Under the pieces are notes generated by a model, which was not told the DNA's origin, did not search any database, and saw nothing but the letters and a program-made list of their open reading frames with translations. Positions 12,501 through 21,993 of a stretch of DNA of 63,411 nucleotides are shown here, piece after piece (within the stretch, counting starts at the first letter, position 1; each line of letters starts with the position of its first letter). The stretch comes from Methylomonas koyamae. Its GTDB lineage: Bacteria; Pseudomonadota; Gammaproteobacteria; Methylococcales; Methylomonadaceae. Where the stretch lies: NCBI GenBank assembly GCA_945877625.1, contig CAMCSF010000001.1:1-63411 (forward strand), given 5' to 3'. The translations under genes and the position numbers were made by a program.

Positions 12501-13716
12501 GGGTGGTTTACTAAGTGGTATCGATGCAAATCCCTGTGACAACTTGCATAGCCAATACAGGCCGAAACCTACACTGTATATTGATATTTCTGTTGTTTAC
12601 CGTCAGGATTTCAAGACAGGTATACAACGGGTGGTCAGAGCCATTTTGTCAGAATTAATCCAGCAACCACCGGTTGGCTATCGTGTTTGTCCGGTTTATC
12701 TAAACCATACTAATGATAAATGGGCTTATTACCCAGTCCCGGATGACAGCAATGTAATTGACAACGCACCAATCACGGTCAGCAGCAAAGATGTGTTGCT
12801 CGGTTTAGATTTAGCCGGCGGCTATGTGATCAATGCCTTCAACCAAGGCTTGTATCATCAATTAATGCAAGCAGGGGCGAGGGTTTATTTTGTTGTTTAT
12901 GACTTGTTACCGGTATTGGCACCGCAATTTTTCAATGCCAACGAAGATAAAGCCCATCAGCAATGGTTAACCTGTATCGCCCAAAGTGACGGCGTTATTT
13001 GTATATCAAAAGCGGTCGCTGATGAATTTGCCAGTTGGTCAACAAGTCTTGAAACACCGTTAGCGGATGATTTCTCGATGAATTATTTTCATTTGGGTGC
13101 GGATATAGCAGCCTCGCAGCCAAGCTCGGGATTGCCAGACGATGCCGACATCATGCTAGACAAGCTTGCCCAACGTCCCAGCTTTTTAATGGTGGGTACT
13201 TTGGAGCCGCGCAAAGGCCATGCACAGACACTCGCTGCTTTTGAACAATTATGGCAACAGGGTATCGACGTCAATTTGATTATGGTTGGTAAACAAGGCT
13301 GGAAAATGTCGGCAAAGATTAAACAAATGCGACAACATCCAGAAATTGGTCAGCGTTTATTTTGGTTAGAAAATATCAGCGATGAATATCTAACCAAACT
13401 CTATGCTGCAAGTACTTGCCTGATTGCTGCCTCAGAAGGAGAGGGTTTTGGTCTGCCGCTGATTGAAGCCGCTCAAAATAAAGTGCCCATCATTGCCCGT
13501 GATATTGCCGTATTTCGCGAAGTTGCTGGCGATCATGCCTATTACTTTCAAGGATTAGATGCCGAGTCACTGGCGCAAGCGATTAACAATTGGCTGGGTT
13601 TATACCAACAAGGGATGGCACCCGATTCTAGCGATATGCCTTGGTTAACATGGGCGCAAAGTGCGCAACAACTGTTAGACAGGTTATTACAAAATCCTCA
13701 ACGCAATTGCCCATGA
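9511..13716 (+). CDS. Multidomain GT4 glycosyltransferase (WbdA-like polymerase)
   Basis: One SPLPPEKTGIADY..RGETSAAVLD module plus two near-duplicate VGT(I/L)EPRKGH..EGEGFGLPLIEAAQ modules. Confidence 0.88.
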   Translation: MRIIIDMQALQTVSLVRGAGLRMLTVIQEIASHANGHQVILVLNTAFQDSSFAIRDAFSGLVPAQHIHNFEMPIASHDVANSSGLKCAEIIYSHFIRGLNPDIVLLTQSLSAGWLDQLAKPVKILPQDISASGLWLENDQFDLLKLINRFESVSNPKQTAVEDRQKQLPRLAFVSPLPPEKTGIADYSAELIPALARYYEIELITDQPEVSLLNQDKRFTIRSVAWFKQNAQCYQRVLYHFGNNYLFHGQMFALIKEIPGVMVLHDFFLAHAIAGIEIRGHQPQALNKALFNSHGYLALQQRLQAADPNQVLWDYPCNLEVIQDALGVIVHSQNTQRLAKQWLATPANLDWSVIPLLREPAEKINRNQARQALNWHQDQFVVCSFGLLGPSKLNHRLLESWLKSSLAKEENCLLVFVGENDGGDYGKRLLKRIKNTGLEQRIVITGWTDTAQFRQYLAAADLGVQLRSLSRGETSAAVLDCMNYGLPTIVNANGAMADLANDAVWMLADQFTDSEMVTALETLWQDDLKRQQLATRGQQILLTQHQPSVCAEQYALSIESFYQRAANHSSVVVQALADAECLPSDESNLAGLAKTIAANFPPQPLPRQLLIDVSSIARHDLKSGIERVVRAQLLELLKNPPPGFRIEPVYLTDQGGAWHYQYARKYTCQILGIEQAGLVDVAVDMTKGDVFYAPDFYPSGVIEAHKSGLYLNWQAQGVAINFLIHDLLPIQNPEFFVEAANRVHATWLKAISESATGLICISNAVADEVNQWLQHNPPVRTAPLPIAVIHHGADIAASTTASDKTLESSAQAAELLTKLRANPSFIMVGTIEPRKGHLQTLAAFELLWQQGQAINLVIVGKEGWLGLPDKQRRTIPEIIAKLKDHKELGQRLIWLEGISDQYLEQIYATSTCLIAASEGEGFGLPLIEAAQHQLPIIARDIPVFREVAGNHAYYFKGNHPADLQQAINDWLQRYSKKQHPLSSDMPFLSWADNAKQLGGLLSGIDANPCDNLHSQYRPKPTLYIDISVVYRQDFKTGIQRVVRAILSELIQQPPVGYRVCPVYLNHTNDKWAYYPVPDDSNVIDNAPITVSSKDVLLGLDLAGGYVINAFNQGLYHQLMQAGARVYFVVYDLLPVLAPQFFNANEDKAHQQWLTCIAQSDGVICISKAVADEFASWSTSLETPLADDFSMNYFHLGADIAASQPSSGLPDDADIMLDKLAQRPSFLMVGTLEPRKGHAQTLAAFEQLWQQGIDVNLIMVGKQGWKMSAKIKQMRQHPEIGQRLFWLENISDEYLTKLYAASTCLIAASEGEGFGLPLIEAAQNKVPIIARDIAVFREVAGDHAYYFQGLDAESLAQAINNWLGLYQQGMAPDSSDMPWLTWAQSAQQLLDRLLQNPQRNCP

Positions 13717-14804
13717 ACTCAAAAAACATCAGCTACAACCCCAGAATAGATCAGATTCGGTGGTTAGCCGCCGCCATCGTGTTTATGTTTCATTACAACC
13801 TCGAATATCAGGGCCTTGGTGGTATCGACATACAAAGCAACTGGTTCGGCATCATTAAACAAGGTCACACTGGGGTCGGTTTGTTCTTTACCCTGTCGGG
13901 CTTTTTGTTTATGCAAATCGCCCTAAACGCAGAAACCATCGATTACAGCCAATTCATTCGTAACCGATTTCTAAGGATTTTTCCGCTATTTTTCACCGTG
14001 TTTCTGGTCGCCACTTCAATTGGTAGAGACCATTTTCAACCCCAAGATATTTTCTACCTGCTCACCACCAATCTAGGTAAAGCTCCCACCTCAGATACCA
14101 CGATAACTGGTGCCGCTTGGTGTATTTCCATCGAAGTATTGTTCTACTTGCTGTTTCCGTTCTTAGCCAGATTCACCCTCGAACGCGGTTATCGCTATCT
14201 GCTGAAACTACTGGTGTTGCTACTATTTTTCAAACTAGCCGCCTACACCGTCGCCGAAAAAGCCTCCTTAATGTATTTTTCAACCTTTGTCGGTCGCTTT
14301 GATCAATTCCTGATTGGCATGATTGCCGCGCTGTTTTATAGCCACTATAAAGCCTACTGCCACCGTTTCAGCCCGCTACTATTACCCGTCACCATCATCG
14401 CGGTCATCTTAAACAGCGCCATACAATCACGCTTCGCACCCTTCGAACCGGCTGCGAAATCGGTTTTTTGGATTTTCTGGTCTATGCAAGAAAGCAGCGT
14501 CTGGGCGACATTCATGATTGCTTGGGTTGGATTCGATAAGCGTTTGCCGGATTGGCTGGAGCGAGGTCTTTGTCATGGCGGCAAAATAAGCTTTTCATTT
14601 TATTTGCTACACATGGCTTTGATTCATCTGGTCATGCAGGCTATCGGCTTGATGGTGATTACCCAGCAGCTATTGCTCGATAAAATAATCCAAGGCGCCG
14701 CCATCTACGCCGTCACTTGGTGGTTAGCGACCATCGCCTACAGCAGCATCGAACAACCCTTTCTATTGATGCGAAAAAACTATAGTCACAGCAAATCACG
14801 ATAA
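13713..14804 (+). CDS. Acyltransferase-3 family O-acyltransferase
   Basis: IDQIR, GVGLFFTLSGF, RFLRIFP, SFSFYLLH; multi-TM. ATG 13713 overlaps the upstream stop. Confidence 0.88.
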   Translation: MNSKNISYNPRIDQIRWLAAAIVFMFHYNLEYQGLGGIDIQSNWFGIIKQGHTGVGLFFTLSGFLFMQIALNAETIDYSQFIRNRFLRIFPLFFTVFLVATSIGRDHFQPQDIFYLLTTNLGKAPTSDTTITGAAWCISIEVLFYLLFPFLARFTLERGYRYLLKLLVLLLFFKLAAYTVAEKASLMYFSTFVGRFDQFLIGMIAALFYSHYKAYCHRFSPLLLPVTIIAVILNSAIQSRFAPFEPAAKSVFWIFWSMQESSVWATFMIAWVGFDKRLPDWLERGLCHGGKISFSFYLLHMALIHLVMQAIGLMVITQQLLLDKIIQGAAIYAVTWWLATIAYSSIEQPFLLMRKNYSHSKSR

Positions 14805-14905
14805 ATAACTTAAATTTCGACCTTTTAAGGGCTCGGGTGCATGCAAAGCGTACAATTTGTTATTAGATTGTCTGATCGTGCAGAAGAAATAAGTCTAATT
14901 GAAGC

Positions 14906-17900
14906 TCATAATTTATCAAGCCTTGAAGGTTTTACAATGTCATGGAGATTACTATCACTCAATGATTTCCTAATCACAACTCGAGCTTTTTTCGGTATGA
15001 CGTGACCAAACCATCTGGTAGATCGACCTGTATACAGACGCCAAAGCACCTGTAACAATGCTTCACGCCACGCTTTATTGTCATTAGCTGATCCGCTAAT
15101 AATATTTTTAGAATCAAATTCGAATAATGTCGTTTTATTTACATCTATAGTCTTCAAATTACGCGTCACAATGGGTAAGTAGTCACTAATGTAGAAATCA
15201 TGCTTATATTTTTCCCCTTTAAAAAAGGGAGCTTTTACTGTATGGCCGTTTGCTAATTTTTCTATAAACACGTTGATTTGATCAGCTAAGTTTGCCGGTG
15301 AAGTCAAGTGCGTAAACAGCAGTGTATTTTTGCGTCCTGACAATCTTTCTGGAAAAGCTCCAATGTTTGGGGCGATAATTGGTAGCCCAGAATCTAAAGC
15401 ATGGCTTAATGTATAACTATATGTTTCAGGCCATCTTGCAGGAAATAAAATAATATTAAGCCCATTTTTTTTAATTAAATTAGCCAAGTCTTTAGTTATA
15501 TAAGGTCCTGTGGTATCAACACCTTTAAGCGCCTTATATGCATAACCAATTAACTTAAATTTAAATGGTAAGCCTAGTTTTTTTGTTTCCTTTGCGATCT
15601 GCTCTAGTAAGTCGGCTCCTTTTTCTTTGCCAAGGGCGCCTAGCACACCAATCGTATAAGTTGTTTGTTTGGTAAAAACACTAGGGGGACGGCCTACAGT
15701 TAATGTTGATTCTATATGGGGTGAAACAACGGCATTATCTAAACAATAAATATTTTTGAAAAATATTTTTGTTGAGTGTGAAGGAAATATAATACAAGCG
15801 GCATCCTCGAACAATGGGCGAAATCGGCGTTGCCAATCCGCTACTGTTTTTCCGGCTGGTAAAGGATATAACGGACTATAAAGGAGCTCTGAATAAAATC
15901 CAGGATAATTACCTGTTTCGTCGGTAAGGGTCGGATTGCCGTTAAGCCAATAATAATCATGTACAGTAAGAAGGTGAGAAACACCTAGGTCATTAGGTAG
16001 ATCAAGTATTTTCCAATCTAGTCCATAGCTATGATGAAAATGAACAGTATTAATGCCAATTGCTTTCAATACATCAACCAGCTTTAAATATTCAGTCGGC
16101 ATGCTGTAAATCAATTTATCTGCCGCTTTATTTGTTCCAATCCTGATACTGACTTGACCATTATCGCCATCAGGTGACAGTATGATATGAGCTATATCTT
16201 GTCGAAAGTGATCTGTCAACTCATCGATATGTTGCGCTGTGCCGCCTCCAAAGCTATGTGTAACATGAAGTATTTTGGGTATAGCAAGTACAGATATTAG
16301 TTGTATAAACCTAGCGACACGAGCAGACTTTAATGGGTCATGTTGAATAAAGTATTGTATATCAGTATGATAGTTGGGGTGCAATTTATCGATTACTTTA
16401 ATTGCATTATCAATCAAGGCATGTTTATCCGATGAAAAACTTACACTTCCTTCATGATAAGCATAAATATTTGGAGAAATTATATTCAACCAGCCTTTTT
16501 TTGATGCGCGTTGGCATAGGTCATTTTCTTCTCCATAACCTCTGCCAAATTTTTCTTCATTAAGATAACCTATCTCGTCAAGACATGATCTACGAATATA
16601 CATACAAAAACCCACACCTGTAGGCGCTTCAATACAAGGTAGTTTTCCTTGCCTAAAGACAATATCAATCTCATCAACATCAAGATTAAATGGTTGATTA
16701 TTTTCTTGTAAGAAATGTGGAAAACTACAGATTGTTGCATTATTAGAGAAAGGTGTGACTGTTCCTATATTAGTATTTGAATAGGCTTCATCAATTAATC
16801 TGCTTAACCAATTATGTGGGACAATAACATCGCTATTTAATAACACTACGTCGTAATCGGAATAGTATGACAACCCACGGTTAACAGTGCCAACAAAACC
16901 TAGGTTTTTTTTATTTTCTAATACTTCAAATACATCAGGCCATTGAGTCGCTAATTGTTCTAGCATTTCTTGCATGCCGACATCTGGGCTAGCATCATTT
17001 ATAGCAAGAATACGTGCACCTGTAACAGTCAATATGCCGGACATTGCTTTGACAATGCATCGTTCTGTCATTTTTATGTCACGATATACAGGAAGAATGA
17101 CTGCAACCAAATGAGTTGGTTGGATTGTTGAAGTTGTTTGAAAATTACGATTTTTAGGTGGTTTTTTTGAGTTGAATATTTTATTTATTGGATCCATTGC
17201 GCCAATTAAATCGCCTCTTACTACTCTGCTTAACCATCGGAAGGGTTTTGTTAATTTCCATGAATTTGAAGATATTAACTTAGCTATTTTTATATCTTGG
17301 TTTTTTTTAATATGTTCAAGTTTTGATATATATTTCTCAAGTCCTGACTTACCTAGTTCAAGTTCTGATATATGTTGCTCAAGTTTTGATTTTCCTTGTT
17401 CTAGTTCGTTTATATTGTGTTCATATTCAGATGATAGAATATTATTTTTATCTATTAAGTATTGGACGGTTTGATTTATTTGTTTACCTGTCCAAAGTAG
17501 TCGCCATTTGTCAAATATTAGCTCTCGTCCTTCTCTTTGCAAGGACTCATCAATATTCAGGCTTAAGCCAGAATTACCTAGAGCTGCTCTATAGGAAGCG
17601 CTTATCTTATTTATATGTAAGAAAGTCGTATAATTCGAAAGCTGTATCCAAAAATCCCAGTCTTCATAAATTTCCATGTCCTCATCAAATTGTGCGCCAG
17701 ACTCATCCAATAATGATCGTGAAAACATTAATGCATGTATAGGGATAAAATTAGATGAAAATAGTTTATTTTGATCATAGTTAGTATTAAAAATACTTAC
17801 TACATTATTTGTTCCATCTACCACCCGAATTCCTGTGTACGCAGCGTTGAAGTTTTGATTTATAGATAATGCATCGACTAAATTGGCAATGTGATCTGGA

Positions 17901-18931
17901 TCAAATAGATCGTCATCATCTAGGAAAATAATCCACTGCCCATTCGCTTTTCTAAGCCCCAAATTTGCTGCTTGAGAGCGGGTTAGTGGCATACCATCTG
18001 TAGATATTTCTAATTTTAATGGATATCTTCCGCAAACTTGACCAATCGTATGGTGGTCTTTACCACTTGCAGCAACGACTAGAACTTCGATATTTGAATA
18101 CGTTTGCAATGCAACAGAATCTAGTGCATCTGATAATGTAGGTCTATCCATGCTACGAATGATCACGGAAACCAATGGGATGTCTGTATTTTTTAAAGCT
18201 AGGCCTAAGGTCTTTTGACGCTGATATTCCGATTGATAAAGTTTGAATGGATCATTAATCAGATCTTCAGCAGAACACAGGATGTAAGCTTCGGCTGCGG
18301 TTACCTCTTTGGGTAAGCTATAAGTACGATAACGGTTAAGCGCCGAAATATCCAAATCATAGCGTTGTTGTTTGTTTTGTGACTCAAAACATTCCATAGC
18401 TAGTTTTTTTCTATCAGAAAGATCGCTTATATTGAGAAGTAGATTAGGGTGCAGCGGTACGCCGACTTCATAAAGAGCTAAACGTGGCTTATTCGGCGAT
18501 CTTCTAACAGCTTCGATAACACTCATTGCAAGAGCACGGTGATCAGGGTGCATTTCGATTAGAGACGGAGCATATACAAGGTTTGAGGCCGTGAGCTGGA
18601 TTTTATCCATAAGCCGTTGAATCAACGCTTCACCATAAGTTATGCCTCGATCTGGTAAACGCCAAAACTCAGGTTGACCATAGCCCAATATACTTGCCGC
18701 TTTGCTACTTTCCATTTCTCTAGCAGCGGTTATTTTGGATCTTTTATCAACCTCAGCGCCAAAAGCCCCATCACTAACAATTACAACATGAACAGCTATA
18801 CCCATCTCGACATGACGTAATATCGCACCGCCACAACCAAATATTTCATCATCTGGATGGGGAGCGAAGACGAGAGCCGAAGTTGCCTCTATATATTGAG
18901 TGGGCTGATAAGGAATAAGTTTATTTTCCAT
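14906..18931 (-). CDS. Fusion: PIG-L/LmbE deacetylase + GT2 + coiled coil + GT2 + GT4-like domain
   Basis: APHPDDEIFG/HPDH; FLDDDD/EDWDFW; 14-aa repeat coil; NLGFVGTVN/LLNSD/GYGEENDLC; WPETYSYTLS. Confidence 0.85.
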   Translation of the reverse strand: MENKLIPYQPTQYIEATSALVFAPHPDDEIFGCGGAILRHVEMGIAVHVVIVSDGAFGAEVDKRSKITAAREMESSKAASILGYGQPEFWRLPDRGITYGEALIQRLMDKIQLTASNLVYAPSLIEMHPDHRALAMSVIEAVRRSPNKPRLALYEVGVPLHPNLLLNISDLSDRKKLAMECFESQNKQQRYDLDISALNRYRTYSLPKEVTAAEAYILCSAEDLINDPFKLYQSEYQRQKTLGLALKNTDIPLVSVIIRSMDRPTLSDALDSVALQTYSNIEVLVVAASGKDHHTIGQVCGRYPLKLEISTDGMPLTRSQAANLGLRKANGQWIIFLDDDDLFDPDHIANLVDALSINQNFNAAYTGIRVVDGTNNVVSIFNTNYDQNKLFSSNFIPIHALMFSRSLLDESGAQFDEDMEIYEDWDFWIQLSNYTTFLHINKISASYRAALGNSGLSLNIDESLQREGRELIFDKWRLLWTGKQINQTVQYLIDKNNILSSEYEHNINELEQGKSKLEQHISELELGKSGLEKYISKLEHIKKNQDIKIAKLISSNSWKLTKPFRWLSRVVRGDLIGAMDPINKIFNSKKPPKNRNFQTTSTIQPTHLVAVILPVYRDIKMTERCIVKAMSGILTVTGARILAINDASPDVGMQEMLEQLATQWPDVFEVLENKKNLGFVGTVNRGLSYYSDYDVVLLNSDVIVPHNWLSRLIDEAYSNTNIGTVTPFSNNATICSFPHFLQENNQPFNLDVDEIDIVFRQGKLPCIEAPTGVGFCMYIRRSCLDEIGYLNEEKFGRGYGEENDLCQRASKKGWLNIISPNIYAYHEGSVSFSSDKHALIDNAIKVIDKLHPNYHTDIQYFIQHDPLKSARVARFIQLISVLAIPKILHVTHSFGGGTAQHIDELTDHFRQDIAHIILSPDGDNGQVSIRIGTNKAADKLIYSMPTEYLKLVDVLKAIGINTVHFHHSYGLDWKILDLPNDLGVSHLLTVHDYYWLNGNPTLTDETGNYPGFYSELLYSPLYPLPAGKTVADWQRRFRPLFEDAACIIFPSHSTKIFFKNIYCLDNAVVSPHIESTLTVGRPPSVFTKQTTYTIGVLGALGKEKGADLLEQIAKETKKLGLPFKFKLIGYAYKALKGVDTTGPYITKDLANLIKKNGLNIILFPARWPETYSYTLSHALDSGLPIIAPNIGAFPERLSGRKNTLLFTHLTSPANLADQINVFIEKLANGHTVKAPFFKGEKYKHDFYISDYLPIVTRNLKTIDVNKTTLFEFDSKNIISGSANDNKAWREALLQVLWRLYTGRSTRWFGHVIPKKARVVIRKSLSDSNLHDIVKPSRLDKL

Positions 18932-18964
18932 TTTGAGTTTGGTTTTAGCTGTGTAAATGATGCT

Positions 18965-20692
18965 TCAGTGGAAATCGGTATCTCCAGGCATTAACCACCA
19001 GCTATCTAATAATTCATCGGTGGAAATGCCAAGTGTCCATTTGTTTTTAGGGATAATGATTCCTGTGGGTAATACCTCTGAACCATCGGTTTTAAAAAGG
19101 GAGGCATTTTGTTCTGTTATCCATGTATATACCTTTGTGACTCCTAGTCCCCATGCTAATCGACGTAGAGAATGTATTAATGCTTTGATATTCCGTAAAG
19201 GCGCGATGATGTCAACTAATTCTATGGTGTCGTTAGTAATACGCAGCACCATAATTCCGATAGGAGTTCCAGTAATTCTATTAGACAATTGATAAAGTTG
19301 ATAACTGTGTGTTGGGTGTTGCAAATAACGACGTTTAATATAACGTCCATCGCGAACACCTGCGACTTGTTTCTTTAAATCTTCTGACATTTCCAACCAT
19401 AGCTGATCGATAGTTTCGCTTTGATAATGGCTGAGCGGACGAAGTTTAACTTTTAAGCTTGGGTGAGCTTGTAATGGAGGCCAGTTTACTTGTATTAATT
19501 CACCTGCTTTCTCATATAGACCTAAATGCTTTCCTAGGCGGTAAGCTTTTTCTGATGGGAAGCCGAAAGCTAAAGGAAAAACTTGCGTTTGTCCGACGAA
19601 ATATTCTAGGAAATGGGTCGCAGCCATGAAGAATGGACCTTTACGCGTTAGGAGTCCGCGTTTTTTAGGATGCACCATTACATCGCATATTTGAACAGCA
19701 GTTACCAAATCGCCAAATAAATGAATAGCCCTTGCTGCCCCGCCATAAAAAGCGATAGCTTGACCTTCATGGCGCACGATTGACCCTATTATGTCTGAGT
19801 CTTGGTATTTCCAGTCCCATAACTCTGGCTGCATTTCATGCCCAAAGGCTGAGAAAAACAAATCTAATAGCTCTGCTTTATTATCGATATATGCCCATTC
19901 TGTAAGAAAAGTCTGTCGCTGAATTAGTTTTTTCTTGAAGTGAAATAAACCATAACCATAACGGCCTTCACAGTATTTTTTTAGATGATTTTGGGCGGCT
20001 AAAATTAAATCATTAATTTGCTCACTTGATAACTCAAGTTCATTTATCAACTCTTCACGATAGCGAATTACTGAATTCAAGATGTAAGTGTTGGTTGGCA
20101 GGGCCTTGTTGCTTAAATCAGATTGTTCAATGATTTCAAACCCGAAAATATTGCCGTTGTGTATGTAGTCCTTAGTCGAAGGCAGTTCTGGTTCGGATCT
20201 TGATCGTTCTTGGCGTAATAGCTCGTCTATAATGAGAAGCTGTCCTTCAGGTTTAAGTAAATCCGTGGCTTTTTGAAATAGTATTGTCGTGTTTATGTAC
20301 TGTGCGCTTTCTTGAAAAATAATTAAATCGAATTTTTCAGAAAATGGAAAATCTTCCAATCGTGTGCAGTAAATGGGTAAGTCTTCGCCATAACGATTTT
20401 TTGCATATTGAATTTGGTTTTCATCAGGACTAATGCCAATAATGTCATACCCTGCTTTTAGTAATTTGGATAACGTAGTGCCAAGACCTATCCCGACCTC
20501 GAGAATTTTAGAGGGAGGAGGGGGGAGTTGCGACAATAGTAGGTTCGTTGCGTGTATTTGAGCCTTTCTTATATCTTGGTCATTATTATCTTCAAATAAG
20601 CCGTAATGCAGGTATTCGGCATCTCCATAATCCTTATATAGGATATGGGTATAAACATTTAAGGGGAATGTAAAATTCTTATGTGCTAACAC
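18965..20692 (-). CDS. SAM-dependent methyltransferase fused to GNAT-family acyltransferase
   Basis: YLHYG, ILEVGIGLG in the N-half; WDWKY, QICDVMVHP..RG, FGFP, GDTDF in the C-half. Confidence 0.78.
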   Translation of the reverse strand: MLAHKNFTFPLNVYTHILYKDYGDAEYLHYGLFEDNNDQDIRKAQIHATNLLLSQLPPPPSKILEVGIGLGTTLSKLLKAGYDIIGISPDENQIQYAKNRYGEDLPIYCTRLEDFPFSEKFDLIIFQESAQYINTTILFQKATDLLKPEGQLLIIDELLRQERSRSEPELPSTKDYIHNGNIFGFEIIEQSDLSNKALPTNTYILNSVIRYREELINELELSSEQINDLILAAQNHLKKYCEGRYGYGLFHFKKKLIQRQTFLTEWAYIDNKAELLDLFFSAFGHEMQPELWDWKYQDSDIIGSIVRHEGQAIAFYGGAARAIHLFGDLVTAVQICDVMVHPKKRGLLTRKGPFFMAATHFLEYFVGQTQVFPLAFGFPSEKAYRLGKHLGLYEKAGELIQVNWPPLQAHPSLKVKLRPLSHYQSETIDQLWLEMSEDLKKQVAGVRDGRYIKRRYLQHPTHSYQLYQLSNRITGTPIGIMVLRITNDTIELVDIIAPLRNIKALIHSLRRLAWGLGVTKVYTWITEQNASLFKTDGSEVLPTGIIIPKNKWTLGISTDELLDSWWLMPGDTDFH

Positions 20693-20712
20693 TAACGATC
20701 TCGGCAGGTGTT

Positions 20713-21972
20713 TTAGGGGGAGGATATTGGTGTATGTTTATGGCCAGCCGATGATTGCCAATGATGCGGCAGGATGGTTATTCCTGGCTCATAAAATGAA
20801 TCATCAATATGTAAAGTAGCTGCGCGTTGTGCGCTGTCGTAAATATGTACAGCATCTTCAGAGGCAAGATAAGCTGATACATAATATTCACCTTTGCGAA
20901 GCGCTAGGGTTGGAAAGTTGACAATTACCTCACCCCATCCATATTCGTTACGCTGTATCTCTACTCCATCAGATAGGCTAACTACACTTGTAACAGCGAC
21001 AAGATTGCCGTAATCCATTGTAACGCCAATGGTAGGTGCTGGTAGTTTTGGATCAGATACGAATTGTAGGTGAATAGTTAAGTTGTTTTCATTAGGGCGG
21101 CCATTGAAAACTCGTCCAGTTTTGCCGTCTACACTGATTTCGACATGACTGAAACGTGCGTGGCCTTCGAGTATTGGAGTTGATTCGGAAGGGATTGATT
21201 CTTCGGTGTCTACGGTAGGGGTAGAAGGAGTGGTTTCTGAATCATCTGAGATCGAGCGATTGTATTTTTGAACCACAATTTGTGGCTCTCCTAACTGTTT
21301 GATACAACCACCGTTCAACCACAACACCCTGTCACAAAACGCCTCGACCTGATACAAGGAATGCGAGCAGAATAAGATGGTTTTACCCGCCTCTTTTAAA
21401 GAACGAATACGATCAAACGACTTTCGCGCAAATGCCCCGTCGCCAACCGATAAAGCTTCATCAATCACTAAAATATCAGGATCAACACTGGTCGCTACAG
21501 AAAAAGCCAGTCGGACGAACATGCCGCTAGAATAGGTTTTAACCGGTTGATCTATAAAGTCACGGATGCCCGAAAAATCAACGATTTCTTCATAGCGCGA
21601 CTCAATCTCTTTTTGACTTAGGCCTAAAATGGCTGCGCTCATGAAAACATTTTCACGGCCAGAAAACTCTGGGTTAAACCCTGCGCCTAGTTCCAGCAGT
21701 GCAGCAATGCGGCCATTGACCTTAACACTGCCAGATGTTGGGGTAAGTGTTCCGCAAAGTAACTGCAACAAGGTAGATTTACCGGCACCATTTTGACCAA
21801 TAATGCCCAGCACTTCACCTTTGCCAACTTCAAAGCTCACATCTCGTAAAGCCCAAAATTCACGAAAATACTGACGCTTACCTCGCCACAAAAACTGTTT
21901 TAGTCGGTCATGAGGTTGGTTGTAAAGTTGATAACATTTACTTAAATTTTGAACAGTAATAGCTGGGCTCAT
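20713..21972 (-). CDS. wzt: Polysaccharide ABC transporter ATPase with C-terminal domain (copy 2)
   Basis: GQNGAGKST, YSSGM, DEALSVGD. Confidence 0.92.
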   Translation of the reverse strand: MSPAITVQNLSKCYQLYNQPHDRLKQFLWRGKRQYFREFWALRDVSFEVGKGEVLGIIGQNGAGKSTLLQLLCGTLTPTSGSVKVNGRIAALLELGAGFNPEFSGRENVFMSAAILGLSQKEIESRYEEIVDFSGIRDFIDQPVKTYSSGMFVRLAFSVATSVDPDILVIDEALSVGDGAFARKSFDRIRSLKEAGKTILFCSHSLYQVEAFCDRVLWLNGGCIKQLGEPQIVVQKYNRSISDDSETTPSTPTVDTEESIPSESTPILEGHARFSHVEISVDGKTGRVFNGRPNENNLTIHLQFVSDPKLPAPTIGVTMDYGNLVAVTSVVSLSDGVEIQRNEYGWGEVIVNFPTLALRKGEYYVSAYLASEDAVHIYDSAQRAATLHIDDSFYEPGITILPHHWQSSAGHKHTPISSP

Positions 21973-21993
21973 TAGAAAAATACAGGCTTAAAT

